Positions 1 through 10,364 are shown, counted from the stretch's first letter. The stretch: 64,000 bases of DNA from Nanobdellota archaeon (GCA_030647965.1 JAUSIT010000016.1:8429-72428), one strand, 5' to 3'. The notes: generated from the sequence alone by a model not told the origin. A program made the numbers and translations.

Positions 1-13
1 TTGAAAAAATAAA

Positions 14-511
14 TTAATCTTTTAAAAATTGCTCAAGTTTGTCAAAAGCATTTTTTCTTTTATTTTCTTCTTTTTCTATTTCTAAACTTCTTACTTTAGA
101 TTCTATAGAATTATATAATTTTTTAACGTCTTCTTTTCTTTGTTCACTTGTTTCAAAGATCTTCTCACATTCATCTGTTTCTCCATCATATACTTCTATA
201 TTATACTGAGTCCAATGTTCCCTTTCTGTTTCTCCAGCCATATCCTGATGCCAGCTTACCCCAGAACTTTTAATAATTGAGAATAATTGTTTTGTTTCAA
301 GATTATAATATTGCCAAGAATTATGGTTACCACTGCCCCCAGAAGTTGAATAGGGTAATGAATCAAATTCCTTTCGTTTTCCTGCATTAAATTGGGTGAT
401 ATGTAATCTTGAAAGTTTGTCGATAATATTCTTTTCAATTTGTTCTTTCATTTTATCTTGTTTCATTTTATTATATTGGGCAAGGTTGTTCTCTTTTATC
501 ACTTGCCTCAA
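14..511 (-). CDS. hypothetical protein
   Basis: 165 aa ORF, no recognisable motif. Confidence 0.55.
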   Translation of the reverse strand: MRQVIKENNLAQYNKMKQDKMKEQIEKNIIDKLSRLHITQFNAGKRKEFDSLPYSTSGGSGNHNSWQYYNLETKQLFSIIKSSGVSWHQDMAGETEREHWTQYNIEVYDGETDECEKIFETSEQRKEDVKKLYNSIESKVRSLEIEKEENKRKNAFDKLEQFLKD

Positions 512-725
512 TTAGAACCTGTTGAAGAGTATAATTTGAATGTGCTCTTTCATATTCCGATTTTTGATAATCAGATGCATCATAGGGTAGACCTACAGAT
601 TCATTTCTCATGTTTCTTCCAATCATAGGTATCTTTGCCCACATCATATCTACAATCAAACTTCTTTCTTCTTCGCTAAGCTGTTTACTCGTACCATCTT
701 CTATTGAATTTGTTTTATCTATCAT
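471..725 (-). CDS. hypothetical protein
   Basis: 84 aa ORF divergent from the TrmB-family gene. Confidence 0.4.
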   Translation of the reverse strand: MIDKTNSIEDGTSKQLSEEERSLIVDMMWAKIPMIGRNMRNESVGLPYDASDYQKSEYERAHSNYTLQQVLIEASDKREQPCPI

Positions 726-819
726 TTAATAATATTAACTAGCAACTATAAAAATCTTTGTTGCCACAATATAACAACAGATAATAAGATTTAAATATGT
801 TGAATGAATTAATAAGAAT

Positions 820-1551
820 ATGGAAATAGAAGAAACTCTTAGGGAAATAGGATTAACCAATGACGAAGCTATTGTTTATTTAGCTATGCTTAAAATAGGT
901 TCAAGTTTAGCAAGCAAAATATCTGAAGAAACTAAAATAAATCGTTCTCATACCTATCAATTGCTTGAAAGATTAATTACAAAAGGCTTTGTAAGTTATG
1001 TAATACGAGAAAATCGAAAGTATTTTTCAGCATTAAATCCTGTAAAGATTATTGAAATAATAAAAGAAAGAGAGCAAAAATTAAATAATATTCTGCCAAA
1101 TCTTTTACAATTGACTGCTTTTACAAAAGAAAAACCAATTGTGGAGATATTGGAAGGGAAAGAAGGGATAAAAACAATATTAAATGATATTCTAAAAATA
1201 AAAAAAGAATGGGTTGCGTTTGGAAGTTCTGGAAAAGGACAAGAAGTGCTGTCCTTTTATGCAGAGCATTTTGAAAAAGAAAGAGAAAAATTGAAGATAA
1301 ATTTAAGAGGCATACTAGATAACTCTGAGTCAGGAATAAAGAGGGGCAAGGAACTTGCTAAAAGAAAATACACTCAAATAAAACATGTACGTGAAGAATA
1401 TTCTAATCCTTCTTCAACCTGGATATATGGTGAGAGAATGGCCTTTGTAATTTGGAGTAAAGAGCATTCATTTGCTATAAGAATTGTTAGTAAAGAAATT
1501 GCAAACAATTTTAAGTCTCATTTTGAAGTTTTGTGGAAGAATGCAAAATAA
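820..1551 (+). CDS. TrmB-family transcriptional regulator
   Basis: N-terminal TrmB wHTH (LREIGLTNDEAIVYLAML...INRSHTYQLLERLITKG) followed by EGKEGIK effector domain; TTTAAATA upstream. Confidence 0.85.
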   Translation: MEIEETLREIGLTNDEAIVYLAMLKIGSSLASKISEETKINRSHTYQLLERLITKGFVSYVIRENRKYFSALNPVKIIEIIKEREQKLNNILPNLLQLTAFTKEKPIVEILEGKEGIKTILNDILKIKKEWVAFGSSGKGQEVLSFYAEHFEKEREKLKINLRGILDNSESGIKRGKELAKRKYTQIKHVREEYSNPSSTWIYGERMAFVIWSKEHSFAIRIVSKEIANNFKSHFEVLWKNAK

Positions 1552-1600
1552 TAATTAAATATTTTTAAGTCTAATTATTTATATTAGTTTGAAAAAAGAA

Positions 1601-2446
1601 TCAAGTAAATCTATATTTCTGATTGTCTAATTGTTCATGTGAACTAAAATTAACTTTAATATATCCTTTTCCTAAAAAGTTTTTCATATGTGTAAAAAGA
1701 TTTATCTGATCCATAACTGCCCAATTAAGAATATTTTCTTTATTTTCTCCTAAAAATTGAGAAGGGTCTAAACTGAACATTTGCTGGGTTAGCATTTCTA
1801 CTTGATTTTTTAATTCTAATGGTGGAATTGTTTGATAGTATTCTATTCCTTTTGAAGTAAGTTGATAATCAGAAATACCATATGAAGAGCATATTTTTGA
1901 AACAACTTTTGAATTTGGATTAATCATTTTAGAAAGAAGAGAACAACCAATCATTTGAACAATATCATTTGAACCTGGCACTGCAGATATAATCTTCATC
2001 ATTTTTCTATAATCTTCATCATTTATCTGTCTTTTTGAATCTAAAAACTTTGAATTAGGATGTATATGATATATTGTTAAATTATTATTTTTTTTGGCAA
2101 GGTCTGAAAATTCATCAATATTAGCAAAAATAATTGGTCCTTCATTTAAGATTTTTCCACGAATACCGATTTCATACCATATTTTTTTTTGAGGTAAATA
2201 AGCCCACATTTCTTCAGCAGCATTATTTTCAAGCAAATTTCTCATATCTTTAATTCCTTGTTCTTCGTTTTTAGGGCATATTGTCTGAATATGATCATTA
2301 TAGTTTATAACTAAATTAGGAACATATTTTGGCTTTCTTAATTTTTCAGAAAAGTTTTCAGTTTTTTCACATGAAAGTAATGAGCCTCCTGCTAAAATTG
2401 CACCCCCTGCTTCTGCAATTTTTTCTAGAAAAATTCTTCTTTCCAT
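1601..2446 (-). CDS. putative Tat-exported lipoprotein with JAB/MPN-like HxH motif
   Basis: MERRIFL twin-Arg, LLSC lipobox, YHIHP...PGSND. Confidence 0.5.
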   Translation of the reverse strand: MERRIFLEKIAEAGGAILAGGSLLSCEKTENFSEKLRKPKYVPNLVINYNDHIQTICPKNEEQGIKDMRNLLENNAAEEMWAYLPQKKIWYEIGIRGKILNEGPIIFANIDEFSDLAKKNNNLTIYHIHPNSKFLDSKRQINDEDYRKMMKIISAVPGSNDIVQMIGCSLLSKMINPNSKVVSKICSSYGISDYQLTSKGIEYYQTIPPLELKNQVEMLTQQMFSLDPSQFLGENKENILNWAVMDQINLFTHMKNFLGKGYIKVNFSSHEQLDNQKYRFT

Positions 2447-2493
2447 AGCGATTAAGGGATTAAATAGAACTATTTAAAGGTTATTATGTGTGA

Positions 2494-2686
2494 ATACAAC
2501 TGCGTTGAAATAATTTGCTTTAACAAGCAATTATACCAAGATTGTCTAGCGACAAAAGATTTCGCTCTTGCAATAAGTACGCAATATAGAAGAGCAAAAT
2601 CTTTTGAATTGACGATTTATTAATAATAGGCACCGTTAGGTGGCTTAATATTCTCATAAAGTGCTATCATCAGTAAATATAAAATC
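2494..2686 (+). mobile_element. ~200 bp MITE-like repeat, copy 1 of 4
   Basis: CAACTGCGTTGAAATAATTTGCTTTAACAAGCAATTATACCAAGATTGTCTAGCGACAA closely matches the reverse complement of ~16310-16373; related to copies at 17888-18088 and 39779-39980. Confidence 0.75.
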
Positions 2687-2706
2687 TTCTCTTATATGAG
2701 ATATTC

Positions 2707-4152
2707 TCAATAAGTCTTTGCAACATATAGATAGTAATCTGCAGGTTTATTACAAATAATACATTTTTCAGCTTTTTTCAGTTTTTCATCTGAAATAAAC
2801 AAAGCTTTTGCTCCGCCTGTTTCTGATTTTAAACTATCTTCACACTCAGTCATTTTACAAAAAGGTACAATCGCCACTTTTTTATCAATTATTATTTTTT
2901 TAAGTTCATTTAAGCTTGAAGCTTTTTCTGTTTTATCATAAAATAATTTTTTTGATTTTTCATACATTGATTTTTGTATATCTTCTAAAATTTTTGGAAT
3001 TTCTTTTTTTAAACTTGCTATTTTTATTGATTGTTTTTTTCCATTATCTCTTCTTACTGTAACTGCCTCTTTTTTATCTAAATCTCTTTCACCTAATTCA
3101 ATTCTTATTGGAATTCCTTTTAGTTCATATTCATTAAATTTAAAGCCAGGCCTATATTCTTCCCTATCATCTAAAATAGGTTCAAATTCTTTTAATTCTA
3201 ATTTTATTTTTTCTGCTTCTTTTAAGATTTTATTTTTATTATCCTCAGTAAATATTGGGACAATTACTATTTTATTTTGTGCAATTTTTGGAGGAAGAAC
3301 TAAACCCTTTGAATCAGAATGAATTGCAAATAAAACGCCCAACATTCTTGTAGTAATTGCAAAAGTATTTTGCCAGACATACTGCTCTTTTTTATTTTCA
3401 TCTAAAAATTTAATATCATATGCTTTTGAAAAATTTTGACCATCATGATGAAATGCAGGCCCTTCTGTTGCTTTTCCATTGGGCAAAATATAATGAATTT
3501 TTTCTGAAAAAACACCTCCGGCAAACTTTTCATTTTCTGTTTTTCTTCCAATCATGCCATATAAAGCAAGATAGTTTTCACATATTTCTTGATAGATAGT
3601 TAAAATTTCCTTACTTTCTTTTAATGAATCTTTTTCATTTGCAAATGCAGTGTGTCCTTCATTCCATAAAAATTCTCTATTTCTAAAAAATGGAACAGGA
3701 TGCTTAAATTCCCATCTTATTACATTATTCCATTGATTTAATCTTAATGGCAAATCTCTCCAGCTTCTAATCCATTTTGAATAAGATGAATACATTATTG
3801 CTTCTGAAGTTGGCCTTATTGCTAATCTTTCACTTAATTTTGTATTTCCTGTTTCTGTAACCCATGCAACTTCTGGAGAAAAACCTGCTACATGTTCTTT
3901 TTCTTTTGCAAATAATTTTTCAGGGATTAATAATGGGAAATAAACATTTTTTATTCCTGATTTTTTAAATCTTAAATCACATTCTTGTTGAATTTTTTCC
4001 CAAATTGCATAGGCTGTTGGCTTAAATACAATGCAACCAGAAACATCAGTATAATCTGCTAAATCTGCTTTTAGCATTAATTGAGTAAACCATTCTGAAA
4101 AATCATCTTTTTCAACATTTATTCCTTTTGTATCTTTTTTCTCTTTTTCCAT
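2707..4152 (-). CDS. proS: proline--tRNA ligase (archaeal/eukaryotic type)
   Basis: RPTSE, RWEFKHPVPFFRNREFLWNEGHT motif 2, C-terminal Zn domain ending AKTY. Confidence 0.97.
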   Translation of the reverse strand: MEKEKKDTKGINVEKDDFSEWFTQLMLKADLADYTDVSGCIVFKPTAYAIWEKIQQECDLRFKKSGIKNVYFPLLIPEKLFAKEKEHVAGFSPEVAWVTETGNTKLSERLAIRPTSEAIMYSSYSKWIRSWRDLPLRLNQWNNVIRWEFKHPVPFFRNREFLWNEGHTAFANEKDSLKESKEILTIYQEICENYLALYGMIGRKTENEKFAGGVFSEKIHYILPNGKATEGPAFHHDGQNFSKAYDIKFLDENKKEQYVWQNTFAITTRMLGVLFAIHSDSKGLVLPPKIAQNKIVIVPIFTEDNKNKILKEAEKIKLELKEFEPILDDREEYRPGFKFNEYELKGIPIRIELGERDLDKKEAVTVRRDNGKKQSIKIASLKKEIPKILEDIQKSMYEKSKKLFYDKTEKASSLNELKKIIIDKKVAIVPFCKMTECEDSLKSETGGAKALFISDEKLKKAEKCIICNKPADYYLYVAKTY

Positions 4153-4311
4153 TAATTAATCAATGATTTTACGTTTAAAAATCTGTTGAAATACTACCAA
4201 AATTTTTATATACTCTTAAAAAGCTATAGTAAAAGACCAAAATTTTGACTTTTCCTAATAAGTCAAGGCTTACGACAGAGGAAATTTCAAAGTCCTTGAC
4301 TATACAATAAA

Positions 4312-4656
4312 ATGGCTGAAATAAAACAAAATGAAAATATGCCTTATTTTTTTCTAATTAGTAATAAATATACATTAGGTACTCCCCGAGGAATAGCTAT
4401 TTCCGAAAGGACAATAGATATCCTATTTCATGATCTTGCACATAATTATAAATTACAGACAAAATTAAATTTAGCTTCAGCAATGCTTTTTGGAAGGGGA
4501 ATAGACTTAGTAAGCCATACAGCATCATATTTGGCTGCGTTTGCTAATAATCCTAATGAAGAAGGACAAAGAAGAGATTATTTAGTTAATAATGGAATAG
4601 TCAGAATTTTGGTAAAAGATGATATATTAAGAGATGAAGTTAGAAAAGCAATATAA
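4312..4656 (+). CDS. hypothetical protein
   Basis: 114 aa ORF. Confidence 0.5.
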   Translation: MAEIKQNENMPYFFLISNKYTLGTPRGIAISERTIDILFHDLAHNYKLQTKLNLASAMLFGRGIDLVSHTASYLAAFANNPNEEGQRRDYLVNNGIVRILVKDDILRDEVRKAI

Positions 4657-4749
4657 TTTTTTATCTTTTAGCAACTTATCAATAATTTTTAATTCTAAAT
4701 TCTAAATAAAACAAATAGGGTATAGAACATTATTAACTAAAAGTGATTA

Positions 4750-5142
4750 TTATCTTTTAAGAAATGAGTTTATTCTTTCTTGTGGAACTAAAACATTCAT
4801 TTCTACTTTTCCTGAAAATGCTTCTTGACAATAATCATCGATTGCAACAGGTTTATCTTCAACCATAGGGTCATAAACAAGTCCATTTGAATAACATACT
4901 TGATGTGCGCCCCATTTTATTCTCCCCTGATATAACCGGGGAGTTATTGTTTCTCTGTTAAATTTATCAATTAAACGCCCTTCAACTACTAAAATACTAG
5001 GTTTTTTACCCTCATTGGATAATATTTTTGCAATATGTATTGCAATAAGGCCGCAGCTTTCACTATAATTTCCATCAGGAGTTTTATAATCATTTGCTAG
5101 TGTTTGATGTTTGCTAGCCATATATTCTAATATTGATTCCAT
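4750..5142 (-). CDS. hypothetical protein with papain/transglutaminase-like Cys-His-Asp pattern
   Basis: ESCGLIA ... WGAHQV ... VYDPM. Confidence 0.5.
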   Translation of the reverse strand: MESILEYMASKHQTLANDYKTPDGNYSESCGLIAIHIAKILSNEGKKPSILVVEGRLIDKFNRETITPRLYQGRIKWGAHQVCYSNGLVYDPMVEDKPVAIDDYCQEAFSGKVEMNVLVPQERINSFLKR

Positions 5143-5215
5143 AAAATTTAGTCTTTTATTCCATATTTAAATGTTTTTTCAATATATTTAAAAGCCAAAT
5201 TTTCTTTAAGAAAAT

Positions 5216-5917
5216 ATGGACAAGAAAAAACTGGTGAAAAATATTTTTTTATGTTTGACAGGACCTAAAGAACATTTTTTAAAACAATTAAAAGAAGTTG
5301 AAGAATATAAAATAACAGAAGTTTGTGTGTTTTTGACTTTTCTTAATCCTGAACAAAGAAAAGAAATTTATAAATTATTATTAAAATCCTGCATTAAAAA
5401 TATTCCTTTAGTTCATATAAGGCATGATATGGTCAATGAAGAAATTGAATTTTTTATTAAAAATTTTAATACTAAATATTTTAATACTCATGAAGAAAGT
5501 TTTGATGAAAAAGAAAAGAAATTAGGATTTTTATATACTGAAAAATGGAAAAAACATTATGATAAATTACTTGTTGAATTGCGTTATCGTAATTCAGATT
5601 TTAAAAATTTAGATATGAAAAAAATAGGGGGATTTTGTATTGACCTTTCTCATTTCAAAGCTGCTGAAGATAGAAAAACAACAGAATATAATTTTATAAT
5701 GCAATATAAAACTAATAAAAATCTTTTTGTTGCAAACCATTTGAATGGTTATGATTTAAAGAAAAAACTTGAAATGCATGGTGTAAAAAATTTAAGCAAT
5801 TTTGATTATCTTAAAACAATTCCTGAATTTTTATTTGGGGAGATTATTTCATTTGAGATGGAGAATTCAATTAAAGAACAGATTGAATTTAAGAAATATC
5901 TTGTAAATTTTCTTTAA
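5216..5917 (+). CDS. hypothetical protein, possible TIM-barrel metal-binding fold
   Basis: LVHIRHD, FCIDLSH, NHLNG, FEMEN patterns. Confidence 0.55.
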   Translation: MDKKKLVKNIFLCLTGPKEHFLKQLKEVEEYKITEVCVFLTFLNPEQRKEIYKLLLKSCIKNIPLVHIRHDMVNEEIEFFIKNFNTKYFNTHEESFDEKEKKLGFLYTEKWKKHYDKLLVELRYRNSDFKNLDMKKIGGFCIDLSHFKAAEDRKTTEYNFIMQYKTNKNLFVANHLNGYDLKKKLEMHGVKNLSNFDYLKTIPEFLFGEIISFEMENSIKEQIEFKKYLVNFL

Positions 5918-6079
5918 TTATATTTGTCCTGTTTCTGAAAACTTTTTCATTGCTCTTTCAAGCATAACTTGAGGTGCAAAGCCTTTGTGACTGCATGCTT
6001 TCATAAAGTCATCATAGACTTTTCTGTCAACATTATAGTCAAGTCTTCTTTTTTGTGCATCTGGTGGTGTTGCTGCCAT
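5918..6079 (-). CDS. small ribbon-helix-helix-like protein
   Basis: MAATPPDAQKRRLDYNVDRKVYDDFMKAC; start taken at the internal Met. Confidence 0.55.
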   Translation of the reverse strand: MAATPPDAQKRRLDYNVDRKVYDDFMKACSHKGFAPQVMLERAMKKFSETGQI

Positions 6080-6158
6080 ATATAGATATAATAAATTTGT
6101 TTTATAAATGTAACTGATTGTGGGCAAGATTTAAATACAAAAAATACAAATAATCTAA

Positions 6159-6908
6159 ATGAATGAAATAATCTTATATTCTATTTTAAGTGTTTTTATT
6201 ATTAGTCTTATTTCTTTGATCGGAGTTTTATTTCTTTCATTTAAAACAGATAAATTAAACACAATTCTTATTTATTTTATTAGTTTTTCAGCAGGAGCTT
6301 TATTTGGAGATGTTTTTATTCATTTAATTCCTAGTTTGGTTAAAGAAAATGAGTTTAGTGTTTTTAGTGCTTTGTTTATTTTGTTTGGAATTTTAATATT
6401 TTTTATTTTAGAAAAGATTTTACACTGGCAGCATTGCCATATGCCAATTACAAAGACACATGTTCATACTTTTGCTTATATGAATTTAGTTGGAGATTCT
6501 TTACATAATTTTATTGATGGTTTAATTATTGCTGCAAGTTATCTTGTAAGCATTCCGATAGGTATTGCAACAACTCTTGCTGTTGTTTTACATGAAATTC
6601 CTCAAGAAATCGGAGATTTTGGAGTATTATTGCATGGCGGATTTTCAAAATCAAGAGCACTTTTAGTTAATTTTATAACTGCTTTAACTGCATTTGCAGG
6701 ATTATTTATAGGATTATGGTTGGGAGAGATTATTCCTAATATAAGCTTATTTTTCATTTCAATTGCTGCAGGAGGCTTTATTTATATTGCAGGTAGTGAT
6801 TTAATACCTGAATTACATAAAGAAACCTCTTTTTCAAAGTCTTTAGTTCAAACACTAGCATTTATCTTAGGAATCTTAGTTATGTTTTCTTTGCTGTTAA
6901 TTGAGTAA
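6159..6908 (+). CDS. zupT: ZIP-family zinc transporter
   Basis: HNFIDG and HEIPQEIGDF signatures, His-rich loop, multiple TM segments. Confidence 0.92.
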   Translation: MNEIILYSILSVFIISLISLIGVLFLSFKTDKLNTILIYFISFSAGALFGDVFIHLIPSLVKENEFSVFSALFILFGILIFFILEKILHWQHCHMPITKTHVHTFAYMNLVGDSLHNFIDGLIIAASYLVSIPIGIATTLAVVLHEIPQEIGDFGVLLHGGFSKSRALLVNFITALTAFAGLFIGLWLGEIIPNISLFFISIAAGGFIYIAGSDLIPELHKETSFSKSLVQTLAFILGILVMFSLLLIE

Positions 6909-7036
6909 AATACTCTTAAAACAAGGTAAAATTCTAAGACACATAAATTTATAAGCGTAAAAAAAATATAAAATTATGAAAAATAGTAGATTAGGAAACT
7001 ATTCTATTATTATGAGTGTAAGGAGGATTTATACAT

Positions 7037-7240
7037 ATGGGAAGATTTAACGACGGACCAAGAAGTGGCGGAAGTGGCGGATTTGGCGGTGGAAACCGAT
7101 TTAGAAGTTTCGAACCAAGAGAAATGTCAAAAGCAACCTGCTCTGAATGTGGAAAGGAATGCGAAGTTCCATTCAAACCTACAGAAGGCAAGCCAGTTTA
7201 TTGCAAAGAATGTTATATGAAGAAAAAGCCAAGATTTTAA
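7037..7240 (+). CDS. CxxC-x17-CxxC domain protein
   Basis: ATCSECGKECEVPFKPTEGKPVYCKECY. Confidence 0.9.
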   Translation: MGRFNDGPRSGGSGGFGGGNRFRSFEPREMSKATCSECGKECEVPFKPTEGKPVYCKECYMKKKPRF

Positions 7241-7363
7241 TTAATCTAGGTTTTATTTAATTATAATATAAGACAATTTTTATTTTTTTTATTTAATATT
7301 TTTCTAGAAAAAGGGGTTAGAAAGGGTAATCGACGACTAATTGTACGATCTATTACCACAATG

Positions 7364-7410
7364 TTTAAATAGTGTAATAAATACACTAAGTATGTGTATA
7401 ACACACACTA
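7364..7410 (+). promoter_or_regulatory. TATA box plus tandem NrtR operator
   Basis: TTTAAATA overlapping TAGTGT-aataaat-ACACTA (7370-7388), then ATGTGT-ataacac-ACACTA (7392-7410); GT-N7-AC core of NrtR boxes. Confidence 0.8.
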
Positions 7411-7435
7411 AGTAAAAAACATACGACAAAATAAA

Positions 7436-7600
7436 AAATCCCAATCACAGCAAGCTGTGGGGTATTTTTTAAATGTCGAGAATCTACGGATTCTTGAGCA
7501 CACTCCAAAACAAAATTCTCCAAGGAGAATTTTTCAAAGTTTTGGATGCCTCCAAATGGGACGACGACAAATCGTAACAAGCTACGAAGTATAAGACCCA
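7436..7600. mobile_element. IS200/IS605-type palindromic non-autonomous remnant with a nested AT-flanked hairpin element (7475-7547)
   Basis: CACAGC-AA-GCTGTGGGGTAT and TCGTAACAAGCTACGAAGTAT end hairpins; nested AT|GTCGAGAATC...GTTTTGG|AT. Confidence 0.55.
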
Positions 7601-7618
7601 TTTAGAGTAATCAAAAAA

Positions 7619-8758
7619 ATGACACAAAGAAAAAATATAAACATTGCAAGAGATTACCTTGATTTTACTGATAAATATTTTCAGAGAACAAGACAAATAC
7701 TTGAAGAAGAAGGAATAAACCCTATTGTTAGATATCAATTATTTGTAAGAAAGCCGGGAATTGTAAAAGGGGTTGATGAAGCTGTTGATTTTATTAAAAG
7801 TGTTGCTGGAAACAAGGGAAAAATTTATGCTTTAAGGGATGGAAATTCTTATGATTCATGTGAACCTTTGATAAAACTAGAGGGAAGGGTACAGGATTTT
7901 GTTAATCCTGAAACAGCATATCTTGGAATTATATCAGGAGCTTTAACAGAAAACATAAATATGGTTGATGTAAGAGAAAAAGCAAGAGATATTTTCAATG
8001 CTGCACAAGGCAAACCAGTTCTTTATATGGGCGCAAGGCATTTTGATTATTCATTAGATGAAGAAATAGCAAAAATCTGTCAAGAAGAAGGATTTATTGG
8101 ATGTTCAACAGATATTGGAGCAAAAGCCTGGAATGCAAAAGGTCTAGGAACAACTCCTCATGCTTTGATTGTAAGTTATGCTGCATATATGGATGAAAAT
8201 GGAATAAAAGGAAATGCAACTGTTGAAGCAGCAAAAGGATTTGACAAATATATTGAAAAAGATGTTGCAAGAATAATGTTAATTGATACATTTAATAGAG
8301 AAATTACAGATTCAATTGAAACAGCAAAAGCAGTTCCAAGTTTAAAAGGAGTTAGAATAGATACTTGTGGAGAAAATTATACACAAGGTTCTGTTGGTTT
8401 AAAACTTCCAGAATTAGATGTTCCTGAAAAATATCTAAGAGGAAAAGGAGTTACAATTGCAGGAGTTTGGGGCTTAAGAAAAGCATTAGTTGAAAATGGT
8501 TTTGGAAATTTAGGGCAAGTAGTTTCTTCTGGATTTAATGCAGAAAAAACAAAAGCATTTTTAAAAGCAGACAAAGCATTTCAAGATATGTATGGATTTC
8601 CTTTATTTACATTATTTGGAACAGGAAGCATTGCAAATCCAACAATGGCAACCGCAGATATTGTTGCATATTTTAATGAAAAACAAGGAAAATGGAAAGA
8701 AATGCACAAAGTTGGAAGACCTGAAATTCAAACAAGCAGATTGGAGGAAATAAAATGA
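7619..8758 (+). CDS. pncB: nicotinate phosphoribosyltransferase
   Basis: TDKYF, MGARH, GTTPHA, LIDT, VRIDT, VSSGF motifs; operon with pncA and nadE. Confidence 0.85.
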   Translation: MTQRKNINIARDYLDFTDKYFQRTRQILEEEGINPIVRYQLFVRKPGIVKGVDEAVDFIKSVAGNKGKIYALRDGNSYDSCEPLIKLEGRVQDFVNPETAYLGIISGALTENINMVDVREKARDIFNAAQGKPVLYMGARHFDYSLDEEIAKICQEEGFIGCSTDIGAKAWNAKGLGTTPHALIVSYAAYMDENGIKGNATVEAAKGFDKYIEKDVARIMLIDTFNREITDSIETAKAVPSLKGVRIDTCGENYTQGSVGLKLPELDVPEKYLRGKGVTIAGVWGLRKALVENGFGNLGQVVSSGFNAEKTKAFLKADKAFQDMYGFPLFTLFGTGSIANPTMATADIVAYFNEKQGKWKEMHKVGRPEIQTSRLEEIK

Positions 8759-9471
8759 AAGTATTTTATGATGTAGACACACAAAATGATTTTATGAATT
8801 CAAATGGAGCATTATATGTTCCTGATGCAGAGCTAATAAAACCAAATTTGATATTATTGACTGATTATGCAGAAGGCGAAAAATATAATGAAAAAAGATT
8901 TCCAATAATTGGCTCTGTTGACAGGCATTTTGGTAGTGAAGAATATAAAGAAAGAGAAGGAGAACTTGCTAAATGGGGAGGGCCTTTTCCAGACCATTGC
9001 ATGGATAAGAGTGAAGGATATAGAAAAATAGCTGAGACATTTTTATGGACAGATAATTTTAGGGGAGATGGTTGTAGTCATACTTCTCTTTATATGGAAA
9101 ATAGATTAGATTCTTTGATAGATTATAAATTAATGCAGAAAGCTCTTGAAACAATACGTTTTAAATATCAAAATTGGGGGCCATCTGCAGTTTATTTTGA
9201 AAAACAAAGTTATGATGTTTTTACAAATCCTGCAATTGATTGTTTTTTGAGATTAGCAAAAATAGATGAAGCAGTAGTTTATGGAGTTGCAACTGATTAT
9301 TGTGTTAAAGCAGCTGTTCTTGGAATGCAAGAAAGAGGAATTAAATGTTATGTTGTAGAAGATGCAATAAAAGGAGTTTTTCCAGAATCTACACAAAAAG
9401 CTCTCGAAGAAATGACTAATGCTGGAGCAGAGCTTGTAACAACACAGGATGTTTTGGAGGGAAGAATATGA
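8755..9471 (+). CDS. pncA: nicotinamidase (isochorismatase family)
   Basis: DVDTQNDF, FPDHC, GVATDYCV; ATGA overlap with pncB. Confidence 0.9.
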   Translation: MKVFYDVDTQNDFMNSNGALYVPDAELIKPNLILLTDYAEGEKYNEKRFPIIGSVDRHFGSEEYKEREGELAKWGGPFPDHCMDKSEGYRKIAETFLWTDNFRGDGCSHTSLYMENRLDSLIDYKLMQKALETIRFKYQNWGPSAVYFEKQSYDVFTNPAIDCFLRLAKIDEAVVYGVATDYCVKAAVLGMQERGIKCYVVEDAIKGVFPESTQKALEEMTNAGAELVTTQDVLEGRI

Positions 9472-10364
9472 CTGGAATAAAACTAGCAAGAATGAATTCT
9501 GAACTTGTTGCAGATGAGATTGGGGATTTTATTATTAATGAAATAGTGCCAATTGGATATACTGGCGGGGTGATTGGTTTATCTGGTGGAGTTGATTCTA
9601 CTACTTCTGCAGCACTTGCAAAAAGAGCATTTGATAAATATAATTTAAATTCAAATAAAAAATTAGAATTAGTTGGATGCATAATGCCTTCTAATACAAA
9701 TTCAAGTGATGATGAAAGAGATGCAAGAAAAGTTGCAGATAGATTAGGAATTAGATATGAAATTATTCCTATTGAACCTGTTATTGAAGGTTTTAGAAAA
9801 GTTATTCCAAAAATAATTGAAAGTTCTTATATAAAAGGAAATTTAAAAGCAGAAATTCGTGCTACTTTACTTCATCAATTAGCAGGTTATGAAAAAAAGC
9901 TTGTTATTGGAACAGGAAATAGAGACGAAGATTTTGGAGTTGGTTATTATACTTTATTTGGAGATGGTGCTGTTCATATGAGCCCACTTGGAGGACTACC
10001 AAAAAGACTTGTTAGGCAAATGGCATGTTATTTAGGATTTTCTGATTTAGCAAATAGAATTCCAACAGCAGGACTTGAAGCAGGACAGACTGATTTTAAA
10101 GATTTAGGATATTATTATGAAACCGTTGAAGGAATTTCAGAAGGAAAATTGCAAGGATTTTCTAGATTAGAAATAATCAATGATGATTTAATTAAAGAGC
10201 TTGCAAGAAAAGATATTTCAGATTATACACAAATTTATGGAAAGAGCAAATTTTCTTCAGCAAAAGAAATAGTAAATAATGTTTTTATGAGAATGGAAAT
10301 TGCAAAAGCAAAAGGAAAAATTGTTTCACCGCCTCAACCTAAAATAAGTTTGGGGTATTTGTAA
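9468..10364 (+). CDS. nadE: NH3-dependent NAD+ synthetase
   Basis: GLSGGVDS, GTGN..E, GYYTLFGDG, PTAGL..GQTD. Confidence 0.95.
   Translation: MTGIKLARMNSELVADEIGDFIINEIVPIGYTGGVIGLSGGVDSTTSAALAKRAFDKYNLNSNKKLELVGCIMPSNTNSSDDERDARKVADRLGIRYEIIPIEPVIEGFRKVIPKIIESSYIKGNLKAEIRATLLHQLAGYEKKLVIGTGNRDEDFGVGYYTLFGDGAVHMSPLGGLPKRLVRQMACYLGFSDLANRIPTAGLEAGQTDFKDLGYYYETVEGISEGKLQGFSRLEIINDDLIKELARKDISDYTQIYGKSKFSSAKEIVNNVFMRMEIAKAKGKIVSPPQPKISLGYL

Noticed and set aside
9040-9185. Extra ~40 aa segment in PncA as another element copy
   Set aside because: Lacks the GAAAT/GCATCC/TTTTTG scaffold and obvious hairpins
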